64,000 bases of DNA from an uncultured Chloroflexia bacterium (GCA_963819655.1 CAWFXA010000003.1:704001-768000), one strand, 5' to 3'; positions 19,435 to 29,835 are shown, numbered from the stretch's first letter. The notes: a model not told the origin generated them from the letters alone. A program made the numbers and translations.

Positions 19435-20363
19435 TCGACGATGCTAGCGCCGATGATCGCCGGCCGGCCCCGGACATAGGCGTCCCACGACATGCGCGTG
19501 CCACCGGCCGGTTGGACCTCGAGCAGCCGCAGACGCCGGCCGTCGCCTGTGCCGATCCCTTCGCGGTCGAAGGCCCCGATCGGCGGACCGCCCACCGCCG
19601 GCTCCGCAGACCAGACGATGAGCCGGCCCAGCGGCGTGTCCACGAACGACCCCGGCCACGGCTGGTACGCACGGACCTGCCGCTCCAGCTCCGCGGCAGA
19701 GCGCGACACATCGAGGCGCCCGTTCTCGCGCCGCAGTGGCCTTGTCATCGTCACGCCCGCGGCGGGCTGCGGTCGCGCCTCGATCTCGCCGCGCAGCCAC
19801 CGACCGACATGCTCGCCGAGCAGGTCCGCGGCGACCTCGGCCAGCCTGGCCTCGAGCTCTGGCGCGGTCTCGCCGGCACCGAGCGGTACCACGGTCCGTG
19901 CCACGACCGGGCCGGAGTCCAGCCCCTCGTCCATGCGCATCAGCGTGACGCCGGTCTCGGTGTCGCCGGCGAGGATGGCTGCGGGGATGGGGGTGGCACC
20001 GCGATGCCGCGGCAACAGGGATGGATGGAGGTTCAGCGCTCCTCGTCCGACATCGAGCAACGCGGACGGCACGATCTGGCCGTAATCGGCCAGGACGATC
20101 AGGTCGGGGCGGAGCGCGAGCAGTGCGTCGATCGCGTCGGGCGCGCGCAACCGTTCGGGCGTCTGGACGACCCGGACCGCCGACTCGACGGCGGCGTCGT
20201 GGATCGCTGTCGAGGTCGGGCGGCCATGCCGGCCGGCCGGCCGTGGCGGTGCGGTCACCACGCCGACGAGCTCGGTGTCGTCAAGAGCAGCGAGGCGTCG
20301 CAGACTCGGGCGGCCGAACTCGCCGCTGCCGATGAAGACGGTCCGCGCCCGCCCTCCCGTCAC
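19431..20363 (-). CDS. fmt: Methionyl-tRNA formyltransferase
   Basis: NLHPSLLPRHRGATP, GLDSGP; GTG overlaps def stop. Confidence 0.95.
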   Translation of the reverse strand: MTGGRARTVFIGSGEFGRPSLRRLAALDDTELVGVVTAPPRPAGRHGRPTSTAIHDAAVESAVRVVQTPERLRAPDAIDALLALRPDLIVLADYGQIVPSALLDVGRGALNLHPSLLPRHRGATPIPAAILAGDTETGVTLMRMDEGLDSGPVVARTVVPLGAGETAPELEARLAEVAADLLGEHVGRWLRGEIEARPQPAAGVTMTRPLRRENGRLDVSRSAAELERQVRAYQPWPGSFVDTPLGRLIVWSAEPAVGGPPIGAFDREGIGTGDGRRLRLLEVQPAGGTRMSWDAYVRGRPAIIGASIVE

Positions 20364-20881
20364 GCCAGGGCGCTCGTCGCCTCGCGGATCTCGGCGTCCT
20401 CCTCGGCATCCTCGCCCTGGCCGACCGGGATCAGCTCGTCCATCGACTCGAGGTAATCGATATACAGCTTGCCGTCGAGGTGGTCGAGCTCGTGCTGGAG
20501 CGCCCGTCCGAGCAGGCCGCCCCCGGCGACCTTGAACTTCTTGCCTTGCCGATCCTGCGCGACCACCCAGACCTTCTCGTGACGCGTCACGTAGGCGACG
20601 TAGCCCGGGATCGACAGGCAACCTTCGAGATCGCGATCGTCGCCGCTCGCGCGGACGATGCGCGGGTTCACCAGCTCGTAGAGGTGGTTCTCGACCTCGA
20701 TGACGCAGGCCTGCATCGCCTCGCCGAGCTGAGGCGCGGCCAGGCCCACCCCCGGCGCGTCGCGCATGGTGTGCGCGAGGTCGTCGAGCAGCTCATGCAG
20801 GTACTTCCCGAAGGCGTCGACCGGCTTGCCCTTCAGGCGCAGCCGGGGATCGCCGAGCATGACGATGGGTCGGACGGACAT
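20360..20881 (-). CDS. def: Peptide deformylase
   Basis: GVGLAAPQLG, EGCLSIP, QHELDHLDG. Confidence 0.96.
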   Translation of the reverse strand: MSVRPIVMLGDPRLRLKGKPVDAFGKYLHELLDDLAHTMRDAPGVGLAAPQLGEAMQACVIEVENHLYELVNPRIVRASGDDRDLEGCLSIPGYVAYVTRHEKVWVVAQDRQGKKFKVAGGGLLGRALQHELDHLDGKLYIDYLESMDELIPVGQGEDAEEDAEIREATSALA

Positions 20882-20924
20882 CGCCGCGAAGTATATGGGC
20901 GACCGGCCTCTGGGGCCGGGCGTG

Positions 20925-21356
20925 TCAGAGCGGCGGGTTCCCCTCGGTTGTGTCCTTCGCGGCATCCTTCGTCGCGTCGCTCGCCTTCTTGCCGGCGTCG
21001 CCGACCTGCTCGCGGATATCGGCCGCCCAGCTGCGCGACTTCTCGGCGAGCTTGCCGCTGGCCTCGGCGGTTACCTCGCCGGCCTTCTGGACCACGGGAG
21101 CGGCCTTGTCGGCCGCGACCGCGACGAGCTCGGCGGCCTTCGCGGAGAACTCTCGAACGGTGGGTGCGGCCTTCTCGGCGAAGTCCTCGACCACGTCGCG
21201 GATCTGCTCGAATACCTCGCTGGCCTTTGCGGAGGCGTCGGCGGCTGTGTCCTTAGCCGTGTCCTTGGCCGTCTCGGGACCTGTTTGGCCGGTGAAGCCG
21301 GCGTCGCGCGGCCCCTCGGCGGGTTCGTCGTGTGCTGGATTGAGCGGGTCGGTCAT
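20925..21356 (-). CDS. Hydrophilic Ala/Lys/Asp/Glu-rich hypothetical protein (LEA/YtxH-like composition)
   Basis: GAGGAG before ATG 21356; AKDT repeats. Confidence 0.75.
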   Translation of the reverse strand: MTDPLNPAHDEPAEGPRDAGFTGQTGPETAKDTAKDTAADASAKASEVFEQIRDVVEDFAEKAAPTVREFSAKAAELVAVAADKAAPVVQKAGEVTAEASGKLAEKSRSWAADIREQVGDAGKKASDATKDAAKDTTEGNPPL

Positions 21357-21477
21357 GGCGTGCGTCTCCTCATCGTGGGGAGCGCATCCTCGCACGAACC
21401 AGGCTGAAAGGCACGGGGTCCGATGGTCCCGGGCGTATCATCGGCAGATCAGACGCGCGCTCAGATGGAGGATCGAG

Positions 21478-21729
21478 ATGACGGCTGCGGAATGGACGTT
21501 CGCGGAGCTCGAACCCGCGCAGGTCGATCTCATCCATGAGGCGGAGCGGACGCTCGGTACCGACGTGGTGATGGCCTACACCCCGAGTCGCTGGGGGACA
21601 GTCGACCCGGACGCCATCGGCGATGGCCTGACCCCGGTCGAGCTCGAGGCAAGCCAGCTTGAGTACCTGCAGGGGCTCGAACGGATGGTCGGTGGTGTTC
21701 TCGTGGCATACCGCCTGAAGGTCGACTGA
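21478..21729 (+). CDS. Small protein with two tandem copies of a ~27-aa motif
   Basis: GGAGG before ATG 21478; FAELEPAQVDLIHEAERTLGTDVVMAY and PVELEASQLEYLQGLERMVGGVLVAY. Confidence 0.75.
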   Translation: MTAAEWTFAELEPAQVDLIHEAERTLGTDVVMAYTPSRWGTVDPDAIGDGLTPVELEASQLEYLQGLERMVGGVLVAYRLKVD

Positions 21730-21739
21730 GACCGTCCGT

Positions 21740-24238
21740 TCAGAGCAGCGATTCCGGGTCCACATCGATGGACCACGGCGGTCCCGGGTCGGCACCGAGG
21801 ACGCCGCGGGGATCCTCGCCGCGCAGGATCACGTGGTATCGCCAGCGATCGTTGCGTCGCGCGATATAGGCGGGCGCGGGCCCGATGACCGTCGTTCCCC
21901 CGCCGGCGGCACGCTCGCGCAGCCGGTCGGCCATGGCGCCAGCCTCGCGCTCCGCCGCCTCCCGCTCCGGGAGCGCGACGGTGAGCTTCACGAGCGACCC
22001 GAACGGCGGTGACCCGAACCGCCGCCGCAGCACGAGCTCGTCCGTGTAGAACGTGTCACCGTCGCCGGCGGCCACGGCCCGGATGACCGCGTGCTCCGGC
22101 TGGTACGTCTGCAGGATCGCGCGGCCCGGGCGCCCCCCGCGCCCGGCACGTCCGACCGCCTGGCTCAGGAGCTGGTATGTCCGCTCAGCGGCGCGTTCGT
22201 CGGGGAGGTTCAGCGCGACATCGGAGGACACGACACCGACCAACGTCACGTTCGGCACGTCCAGGCCCTTGGCGACGAGGCTCGTGCCGACAAGTACGTC
22301 GACCCCGCCGCTCGTGAAGGCGTCGATCACCCTCTCGGCCGCACCGCGGCGGTCGACGACGTCGCGATCGAGGCGCGCCACCCGGAGCCTGGGATGCGCC
22401 TCGCGAACCTCCCGCTCGACCCGCTCCGTGCCACCGCCGAGATAGCGGATCCGGGGCGACCGACAGTTCGGGCAACGCGTCGCGAGCGGCGTCGCGCGGC
22501 CGCAGTGGTGGCAGCGCAGCGTGGTCCCGGCCTGGTGGTAGACCAGCGGACGCTCGCAGTCCGGGCAGGCCTGGACGTGGCCGCAATCCCGGCACAGGAC
22601 GACCGAGGCGGTCCCGCGTCGATTGAGGACCATGATCGCCTGGTCGCCGGCTGCGGTGTCGAGGGTAGCCAGTGCCTCGTCGAGAGCCCGAGACAGGAGG
22701 CCGCGGTTGCCCTCGCCCAGCTCGGCCCGCATGTCGACGACATCGATCGCCGGTGGACGTCCGGTCGGTCGGGTCGGCAGGACCACCCGGTCGTATCGAC
22801 CGTCGAGCGCGCGACCGAGGCTCTCGACCGCCGGCGTCGCCGAGCCGAGGATGACCGCCGCGCCCGCGAGCTCCGCCAGGCGGATCGCCGCATCACGCGC
22901 CTGGAGCCGGGGCGTTCGGTCGCTCTTGTAGGCGGGATCGTGCTCCTCGTCGACGATGACGACGCCGATGTCGGCGAGTGGCGCGACGACCGCCAGTCGC
23001 GTCCCGACGACGATGTCGACGTCGCCGGCACGGATCCGGCGCCACTCGTCGGCCCGCTCGCCGTCGCCGAGGCCGGAGTGGATGAGCGCGATCCGCGCCT
23101 CGAGGTCGGCCCGGAGGCGATCGACCAGTGGCAGGGCCATCGCGATCTCCGGGACGAGGACGAGCGCCGCCCGGCCCTCCCCCAATGCTGCCGCGATGGC
23201 TTCGACGTAGATCGCCGTCTTGCCGCCGCCGGTCACGCCGTCGAGCAGGAGTGGGCGCGGATCTCGGCCGCGGATCGCCTCCTCTGCCCGCGCGACCGCG
23301 CTCGCTTGCTCCGGCGAGAGATCGGACGCCGGCGGTCGGCCACCGCGCCGACCGGGGGTTCGTGCGGCGAGCGGTCGACGCGGCCGTTCGCGCGTCTCGG
23401 CCTCGGCGAAACCACGCCGGACGAGCGACGCGACCGATGACGTGCCGTGTCGGCCGGCGAGCTCCGGGCCGGCGACCCCTGCGGGAGCGGCGGCGAGCTC
23501 CTCGAGGGCGGCTGTCTGCCTGGGTCCCAGCGGCCGGCCCGGCGGTCGCTCGCCGGTCGCCAGCGCCGTGGCCGCGGCCAGCCCTGCCTCGGTCGGCCGA
23601 ACCCAGCGCTCGTAGCGCGGGCCGGCCGATGCTCCGAGCAGCGTCCAGTCGAGGGTGACCAGCCCGCGGTCGGCCAGGGCGCGGAGCCGGCGGAGAAGAC
23701 CGGCGCGCCCGTCGGGTGCTGCGAGATCGCGTGCCGGGCGTGCTCCCGCCTCCACCTGGTCGAGCAGGTCGGCGTCGACCGCGTCGAGGCTCTCATCACC
23801 CGCCGCGACCGGCGTCGGCGTCCGTTCCGCGACGAGCTCCAGCCGCTCGAGCAGGCCGGGCGGCAGCATCGCCCGGATCACCAGCGCAGGCGGCGCGAGG
23901 TAGTGCTCAGCGATCCAGCGCGCGAGCGCCAGGGATAAACCCGGCAGCAGCGGCCCGTCGGCCCGGACGCGATCGACGATCGGCTTGGCCACGACGCCAT
24001 CGGTCGCGGTCGACGCGCCGAGCACGATCCCGAGTGCCTGTCGCCGCCCGAACTCGACGAGCACGGCCTCGCCATCGAGCAGGTCGGCAAGGGCGTCCGG
24101 GACGGCGTAGGTGTACGGCCGTGCTCCCCCGGCGCCGGCCGCGTCGACCGCGACGTCGACGAGACGACGGTCACCCCGGCCCGGACCTGCGGTCACCGCC
24201 TCGCCCGTCCCGTGCTCGGGCCCGAGCCCGAGGGTCAT
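21740..24238 (-). CDS. priA: Primosomal protein N'
   Basis: GVTGGGKT, DEEHD, four CxxC motifs, QAVGRAGR. Confidence 0.96.
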   Translation of the reverse strand: MTLGLGPEHGTGEAVTAGPGRGDRRLVDVAVDAAGAGGARPYTYAVPDALADLLDGEAVLVEFGRRQALGIVLGASTATDGVVAKPIVDRVRADGPLLPGLSLALARWIAEHYLAPPALVIRAMLPPGLLERLELVAERTPTPVAAGDESLDAVDADLLDQVEAGARPARDLAAPDGRAGLLRRLRALADRGLVTLDWTLLGASAGPRYERWVRPTEAGLAAATALATGERPPGRPLGPRQTAALEELAAAPAGVAGPELAGRHGTSSVASLVRRGFAEAETRERPRRPLAARTPGRRGGRPPASDLSPEQASAVARAEEAIRGRDPRPLLLDGVTGGGKTAIYVEAIAAALGEGRAALVLVPEIAMALPLVDRLRADLEARIALIHSGLGDGERADEWRRIRAGDVDIVVGTRLAVVAPLADIGVVIVDEEHDPAYKSDRTPRLQARDAAIRLAELAGAAVILGSATPAVESLGRALDGRYDRVVLPTRPTGRPPAIDVVDMRAELGEGNRGLLSRALDEALATLDTAAGDQAIMVLNRRGTASVVLCRDCGHVQACPDCERPLVYHQAGTTLRCHHCGRATPLATRCPNCRSPRIRYLGGGTERVEREVREAHPRLRVARLDRDVVDRRGAAERVIDAFTSGGVDVLVGTSLVAKGLDVPNVTLVGVVSSDVALNLPDERAAERTYQLLSQAVGRAGRGGRPGRAILQTYQPEHAVIRAVAAGDGDTFYTDELVLRRRFGSPPFGSLVKLTVALPEREAAEREAGAMADRLRERAAGGGTTVIGPAPAYIARRNDRWRYHVILRGEDPRGVLGADPGPPWSIDVDPESLL

Positions 24239-24244
24239 GCCGGC

Positions 24245-24964
24245 CTAGACGCGGACCCGCCGGCCCGCGTGCGCCGCCCGCTCCGTGGCGATGATCGCCT
24301 CGATCTCGTCGGCCGTGCGGCTGACCTGGCCGGTCTCGTTGACGACGACGTGGTCGTAGTCGTCCTGGCGAGCCAGCTCGATGGCCGCGTCGCGCTGGCG
24401 GATCTCGAGCTCGTCCGCATTCTCGGTCGCCCGGGCTCGCAGGCGTGCGAACAGGGTCTCCTGCGAGGGCGGGATCACGAAGATCAGGAGTGCCTCGGAG
24501 ACCTGCTCCTTGACCTTCTGCGCGCCCTGGACGTCGATCTTAAGGATCACATCCTTCCCGCCCAGCAGTGCCTCTCGGACCTGATCGCGCGGCGAGCCGT
24601 ACCAGTTGCCATGCACCTCGTTCGATTCGAGGAACCCACGGGCTCTCCAGATCCGCAGGAACTCTTCGCGAGTCACGAAGTGGTAATCGACCGTATCGAC
24701 CTCGCCATCCCGCGGCGCCCGAGTCGTCATCGTCACGACGTAGTGCCGCGCGCCATCGCGACCCGCCGCGGCTTCCCGGCGGCGCATCTCGTCGATGATC
24801 GTGTCCTTCCCCACCCCCGACGGCCCCGAGATGATGACCAGGATCGCGCCCGGAGCGCCCTCGATCGTGTAGTCCGGACGGCCCGGATCGTCCGAGATCC
24901 GGGTCGGCTCGACGAGCCGATCCAGCGCATCCTCGAGACCGGGCGCGTCGCGGCGCTCTGTCAC
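24245..24964 (-). CDS. gmk: Guanylate kinase
   Basis: ISGPSGVGKDT, TTRAPRDGE, WYGSP, IDVQGA. Confidence 0.95.
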   Translation of the reverse strand: MTERRDAPGLEDALDRLVEPTRISDDPGRPDYTIEGAPGAILVIISGPSGVGKDTIIDEMRRREAAAGRDGARHYVVTMTTRAPRDGEVDTVDYHFVTREEFLRIWRARGFLESNEVHGNWYGSPRDQVREALLGGKDVILKIDVQGAQKVKEQVSEALLIFVIPPSQETLFARLRARATENADELEIRQRDAAIELARQDDYDHVVVNETGQVSRTADEIEAIIATERAAHAGRRVRV

Positions 24965-25920
24965 CGCCCCGCCTCCGCGTGTCGCAGGCCGTCGAGGACC
25001 GCCTCGAGCTCCCCGGGGAGTGGCGCGGTGGCGCGGATGAGGTGCCCATCCCCGGGCGCCGCGAGCTCGAGTCGCCAGGCGTGGAGGAACAGCCGGTCGA
25101 GCCCGTCGGGGCCGCGCCGCGACGTTCCCGTCCCATACACGGGATCGCCGGCCACGGGATGACCGATGCCGTCGAGGTGGACGCGGATCTGGTGGGTCCG
25201 CCCCGTGACGAGGTCCAGCTCGAGGAGCGTCCAACCGGCGAAGCGCTCGCGGACGCGATAGCCGGTCACCGACGGCCGTCCGTCCGGCACGACCGCCATC
25301 CGCGTCCGGTGCTTCGGATCGCGCCCGATCGGCGCCTCGATCCGGCCGACGGCAGCAGCCACGCTGCCTGCCACGAGCGCCAGGTAGGTCTTGCGGATGC
25401 GGCGCGCCTTGAGCTGGGCCATGAGCGACTGTTGGGCCGCATCGTGCTTGGCGACCATGATGAGCCCGCTCGTGTCGCGGTCGAGCCGGTGCACGATGCC
25501 CGGCCGCGCGACCCCGGCGATGCCGCCGTACTCCGATCCACCCGCGCGTGCCAGCAGCGCGTTCACGAGCGTGTCGCCGTCGTGATGGCCAGGCGATGGA
25601 TGCACGACGAGGCCCGCCGGCTTGTCCACGATCAGGAGGTCGTCGTCCTCGTAGACGATCCGGATGGGGATATCCGGAGCGGGCGCGAGATCGAGCGCCA
25701 CGGGTTCCGGGACGTCCAGACGCACCTCGGACCCAGGCGCCACGAGCGCGTTGGCCCGCACCGCGACCCCGTCGACGGTCAGCCGGCCAGCTGAGATCAG
25801 CTTCTGCACGTGGCTGCGCGACAGACCCGTCGCGTCGGCGACGAACCGGTCGATCCGCCCGGCCGTCCCGTCCGGAACGCGCACGGTGCGGACGCCGGCG
25901 GCGACCGGCGCCTCAGGCAT
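24961..25920 (-). CDS. rluD: RluA/RluD family pseudouridine synthase
   Basis: S4 domain, VHRLDRDTSG, TGRTHQIRVH. Confidence 0.9.
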   Translation of the reverse strand: MPEAPVAAGVRTVRVPDGTAGRIDRFVADATGLSRSHVQKLISAGRLTVDGVAVRANALVAPGSEVRLDVPEPVALDLAPAPDIPIRIVYEDDDLLIVDKPAGLVVHPSPGHHDGDTLVNALLARAGGSEYGGIAGVARPGIVHRLDRDTSGLIMVAKHDAAQQSLMAQLKARRIRKTYLALVAGSVAAAVGRIEAPIGRDPKHRTRMAVVPDGRPSVTGYRVRERFAGWTLLELDLVTGRTHQIRVHLDGIGHPVAGDPVYGTGTSRRGPDGLDRLFLHAWRLELAAPGDGHLIRATAPLPGELEAVLDGLRHAEAGR

Positions 25921-26443
25921 GCGGCGACTCCGGCGTGGGCCGCGCCCGGTCGACGACGAACGTGCTCAGCAGGAGCAGCAGGATCGCGCCGCTGATCGCC
26001 GCGTCGGCCACATTGAACGTGTACCAGCGCAGCGTCCCGATCCCGAGGTCGACGAAGTCGACGACGTAGCCCATCCGGAACCGGTCGGCCATGTTGCCGA
26101 GCGCGCCTCCCAGCAGCAGCCCCAGGGCGACCGACAGGAGCGTGTTCCGACCGGACGAGCGGTGGAACCAGATGATCGCCCCGACGACCCCGACCGACAC
26201 GATCGCGAACACGATCGCCTGGTCACGGAACAGGCCGAACAGCGCGCCGTTGTTCTGCGAATGGACCAGCCGGACGTAGTCGCCGAGGACATCGACACGC
26301 TGGCCCGGCGCCAGGAACGACACGAGCCACGCCTTGCTGATCTGATCGGCAACGAAGACGACCGCCGCGAGGCCGAAGAAGATCGGCCAGCGTGCTCGGC
26401 CGCGGGCCGCCGGGCGCGTTGCCGACGCAGTCGTCGCCGTCAA
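25913..26443 (-). CDS. lspA: Lipoprotein signal peptidase II
   Basis: DQISK, NNGALFG, GALGNMADR, VVDF, FNVAD. Confidence 0.96.
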   Translation of the reverse strand: MTATTASATRPAARGRARWPIFFGLAAVVFVADQISKAWLVSFLAPGQRVDVLGDYVRLVHSQNNGALFGLFRDQAIVFAIVSVGVVGAIIWFHRSSGRNTLLSVALGLLLGGALGNMADRFRMGYVVDFVDLGIGTLRWYTFNVADAAISGAILLLLLSTFVVDRARPTPESPHA

Positions 26444-29400
26444 CCGAGCCTCCGCAGCGCGATCGTCACGGAACCCGCGTCAAGCGCGACCGTCGCCGTC
26501 GGCGTGCCGGGCGGCGGCTCGCCTGCGCGCAGCTCGGCAAGCGTGTCTGCGGCGATCGCCGGCAGGTGGCCGGCGACGGCAGCCGGCAGGCCCTCGACCC
26601 ACAGCTCGATCACGTCGTCCAGCTCGAGACCCGCCTCACGGCGCAGGTCCTGCACCGCCCGCGCGAGCTCTCGGGCGTCGCCTTCGGCGCGCAGCTCGTC
26701 GGTCAGGGCGGTGTCGAGGACCATCACGAGCCCATCATCCTCCGCCACGGCCGTGCCTGGTCGCGGCGTCGCCTGGATCTCGACCTCGTCGGCTGCCAGG
26801 GTCTCACCGGCGAGCGTCACCGACCCATCGTCGTGGAACGTCGCGGACCCGTCGCGAGCGGCGGCCATGACCGCCGGGATGGCTGCACCGAGTCGCTTAC
26901 CGACCTTGGGAAGCAGGACCTTGACCCGACGATCCACCAGGTCGGAGCCGTCGATGATCGGCTCGACCTCCTTCACGTTGATCTCCGACGCGACGATGTC
27001 GAGCAGGTCCGGAGACAGCGCCCCGTCGCCGCTGGGTGCGGCGACCCACGCCCGGGCCAGCGGCTGACGGGTCTTGAGTCGATTCGCGCTTCGGAGGGTG
27101 CGCGCCAGGTCGACCGCCCGCCGCGCGACGTCCATCGAGGCCTCGAGGTCGCGGTCGCGGTCCGCGACGAGCTCCCCGGTCGGGAACCGGGTCAGATGGA
27201 CGCTGTCCGGGGCCGCGTCGTCGACGTTGGCCACGAGATTCCCGTACATGGCGTCGGCCAGGAACGGCAGGGTCGGCGCGAGCATCCGCGTCGTCGTGAC
27301 GAGTGCGGCGTGCAACGTGGCGAACGCCGCCGACTGGTCGGCGGCGTCATCGGATCGCGAGAAGCGACGTCGGGTGAGCCGCAGGTACCAGGTCGACAGG
27401 CCGTCCAGGTACGCAGATAGCGCCCGCGTCGCGCCGAGCGCATCCACGTCGCGCAACCGCTCCTCGACGATCTCGGCGGTCCCGGCCGCGCGCGACAGGA
27501 TCCAGCGATCAAGCGCCGGGCGCTCGGCGACCGGCGGGGTCGGGTCCGACGGCTGCCAGCCAGCCAGGCGCGCGTACGTGACGAAGAACGCGTAGACGTT
27601 CCAGAGCACCAGCAGCTCGCGGCGCGCCTCGTCGGCCGCGTGCCAGCCGAACAGGATGTTCTCCTCGGGCCGCGCCTTGGCGAACATCCAGCGCATCACG
27701 TCGACGCCCATCCGCTCCGCGGCCTCGTCGAAGTCGATCGCGTTGCCCCAGCTCTTGTGCATCGGCCGACCGTCCTCGCCGAAGACGAGGGCGTAGCCGA
27801 AGATCGTGTTGAACGGCACCTGCCGCTTGAGCACCGTCGACATCGCCAGCATCGAATAGAACCAGTTGCGGAACTGGCCCGGGAAGCTCTCGGTGATGAA
27901 GTCGGCCGGGAACCACTTCGCCCAGTAGTCCGGATCCTCGCGGTAGTGGAGAGTCGAGAACGGCACGATCCCCGCGTCCAGCCACGGATTGCCGACGTCC
28001 TTGATCCGTTCCACCGGCTCGCCGCAGTTCGGGCAGGCGATCCTGACCTCGTCCACCCACGGTCGATGCGGCGTGTGACCCTCGAACCGGTCCCAACCGT
28101 CGACCGCGCGGTCCTTGAGCTCCTCGCGACCGCCGATGACCTCCACGGTGCCGCACGCGGCACAGTCGTAGATCGGCAGCGCCAGGCCCCAGTAGCGCTT
28201 CTTGCTGATCATCCAGTCGTGCATGTTCCGGAGCCAATCGAGCTCGCGCTCGTAGCCAAAGTCCGGGATCCAGCGGATCTGGTCGACGATCTCCATGATC
28301 TGGTAGCGCAGGCTGGCGTCGATCTGCTCCATCGTGAGCGTGTCGCGCGGCTGGTCGTACACCGGGCCCATGCTGATGAACCATTCGTCGACCAGCCGGA
28401 ACACGAGCGGCGTCCCGCACCGCCAACAGTGCGGGTAGCGGTGGACGTACGGCTCGACCCGGTAAAAGTGGTCCGTGTCCTTGAGGTGCTCGATGATCGG
28501 CTCGGCCACATCGCGCACGTCGCGGCTGCTCAATGACCCGAACCCCTCGAGGAAGATGCCGGACTCGTCGATCGGCGCGATGACGGGCAGTCCGAGCGCC
28601 TTGCCGAGCTGGAAGTCCTCGGCGCCGCATCCGGGCGCGATGTGGACGATGCCGGTCCCCTCGTCCTCGCCGACTTCGTCCCATGCGACGACGCGGTGCT
28701 CGTAGCCTGACTCGGCGAAGGCGGCACGCACCGCCGGCAGCTCGTCGAACGGCCCTTCGTAGCGCCAGCCGACCAGCTCGCTGCCGGGTCGCTCCTCGAT
28801 GACCTCGAACGGTCCAGTCAAGGCGGTCGTCAGCGTGCCCTTGCCGAGCCAGAACGTGTCGTCGCCCTGGCGGACGCGGACGTACCGGAGGTCGTCACCC
28901 ACGGCGGCGGCGACATTGGACGTAAGCGTCCAGGGCGTGGTCGTCCATACGAGAAGGGACTCTCCCGGCCGGTCGACGAGCGGGAACGTGACCGTCAGCC
29001 CCGGGTCCTCGCGATCCTGATACCCCTCGTTCATCTCCATCTGCGAAAGGCCGGTGCCGCAGCGCGCGCACCACGGCATCGTGTCGTGGCCCTTGTACAG
29101 CCAGCCGCGTCGGTGGCACTCCTGGAGGAACCACCAGATCAGGTCATTGTTCTCGTTGCTGAACGTGAAGTAGCTGCCCCCGGTCTCGGGCATCCCAAGC
29201 CGGCCGACGAGCATCTCCACGGTGTCGGTCACCGGGCCGTTCGGCCCTTCGATCGTGGCGATCTCGGACGGATCCGTGGCGAGCAGGTCACGCAGTCGAC
29301 GCAGCTCGTCCGGGTCGTTCCAGTCCATCCACATCCCGAGCCGGATCGACTGCTCGGTCTGGCGCGCGGCGTAGGTCAGGACGCGCTGCTTGCAAAGAGT

Positions 29401-29751
29401 GACGAACCGGTCGATGCCGTACGCCTCGATGTCACGCTTCGAGGTGAAGCCGAGGTCACGCTCGACGTTGACCTCGACCCACAACCCCTGACAGTCGAAG
29501 CCGTTCTGGTAGCGCTGGTCCTCGCCGAGCATGGCGTGGAACCGCTGGTAGAGGTCCTTGTAGGCGCGGCCCCAGGCGTGGTGGACGCCCATGGGGTTGT
29601 TGGCGGTGATGGGTCCGTCGAGAAAGCTCCAGCGCGGTCCGCCAGCGTTCTGGGATCGCAGCCGGGCGAAGGTCCGGCGTTCCTGCCACGCCTCGAGCAG
29701 TTCGTGTTCCTGGGCAACGAGATCGGGCTTCGAGGTGACGGGTCGGAACAT
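26440..29751 (-). CDS. ileS: Isoleucyl-tRNA synthetase, type 2
   Basis: DGPITAN, WTTTPWTL, GTGIVHIAPG, H.YPHCWRC; GVHH and PMHKS motif variants. Confidence 0.96.
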   Translation of the reverse strand: MFRPVTSKPDLVAQEHELLEAWQERRTFARLRSQNAGGPRWSFLDGPITANNPMGVHHAWGRAYKDLYQRFHAMLGEDQRYQNGFDCQGLWVEVNVERDLGFTSKRDIEAYGIDRFVTLCKQRVLTYAARQTEQSIRLGMWMDWNDPDELRRLRDLLATDPSEIATIEGPNGPVTDTVEMLVGRLGMPETGGSYFTFSNENNDLIWWFLQECHRRGWLYKGHDTMPWCARCGTGLSQMEMNEGYQDREDPGLTVTFPLVDRPGESLLVWTTTPWTLTSNVAAAVGDDLRYVRVRQGDDTFWLGKGTLTTALTGPFEVIEERPGSELVGWRYEGPFDELPAVRAAFAESGYEHRVVAWDEVGEDEGTGIVHIAPGCGAEDFQLGKALGLPVIAPIDESGIFLEGFGSLSSRDVRDVAEPIIEHLKDTDHFYRVEPYVHRYPHCWRCGTPLVFRLVDEWFISMGPVYDQPRDTLTMEQIDASLRYQIMEIVDQIRWIPDFGYERELDWLRNMHDWMISKKRYWGLALPIYDCAACGTVEVIGGREELKDRAVDGWDRFEGHTPHRPWVDEVRIACPNCGEPVERIKDVGNPWLDAGIVPFSTLHYREDPDYWAKWFPADFITESFPGQFRNWFYSMLAMSTVLKRQVPFNTIFGYALVFGEDGRPMHKSWGNAIDFDEAAERMGVDVMRWMFAKARPEENILFGWHAADEARRELLVLWNVYAFFVTYARLAGWQPSDPTPPVAERPALDRWILSRAAGTAEIVEERLRDVDALGATRALSAYLDGLSTWYLRLTRRRFSRSDDAADQSAAFATLHAALVTTTRMLAPTLPFLADAMYGNLVANVDDAAPDSVHLTRFPTGELVADRDRDLEASMDVARRAVDLARTLRSANRLKTRQPLARAWVAAPSGDGALSPDLLDIVASEINVKEVEPIIDGSDLVDRRVKVLLPKVGKRLGAAIPAVMAAARDGSATFHDDGSVTLAGETLAADEVEIQATPRPGTAVAEDDGLVMVLDTALTDELRAEGDARELARAVQDLRREAGLELDDVIELWVEGLPAAVAGHLPAIAADTLAELRAGEPPPGTPTATVALDAGSVTIALRRLG

Positions 29752-29835
29752 GCATCTCCGGGGTGCGAGGACGACGGCAGCCAGCCGGAACCGGCCCGGG
29801 CGACCCGTCCGGCGAGTCCGAGTATCCTACCCGCG

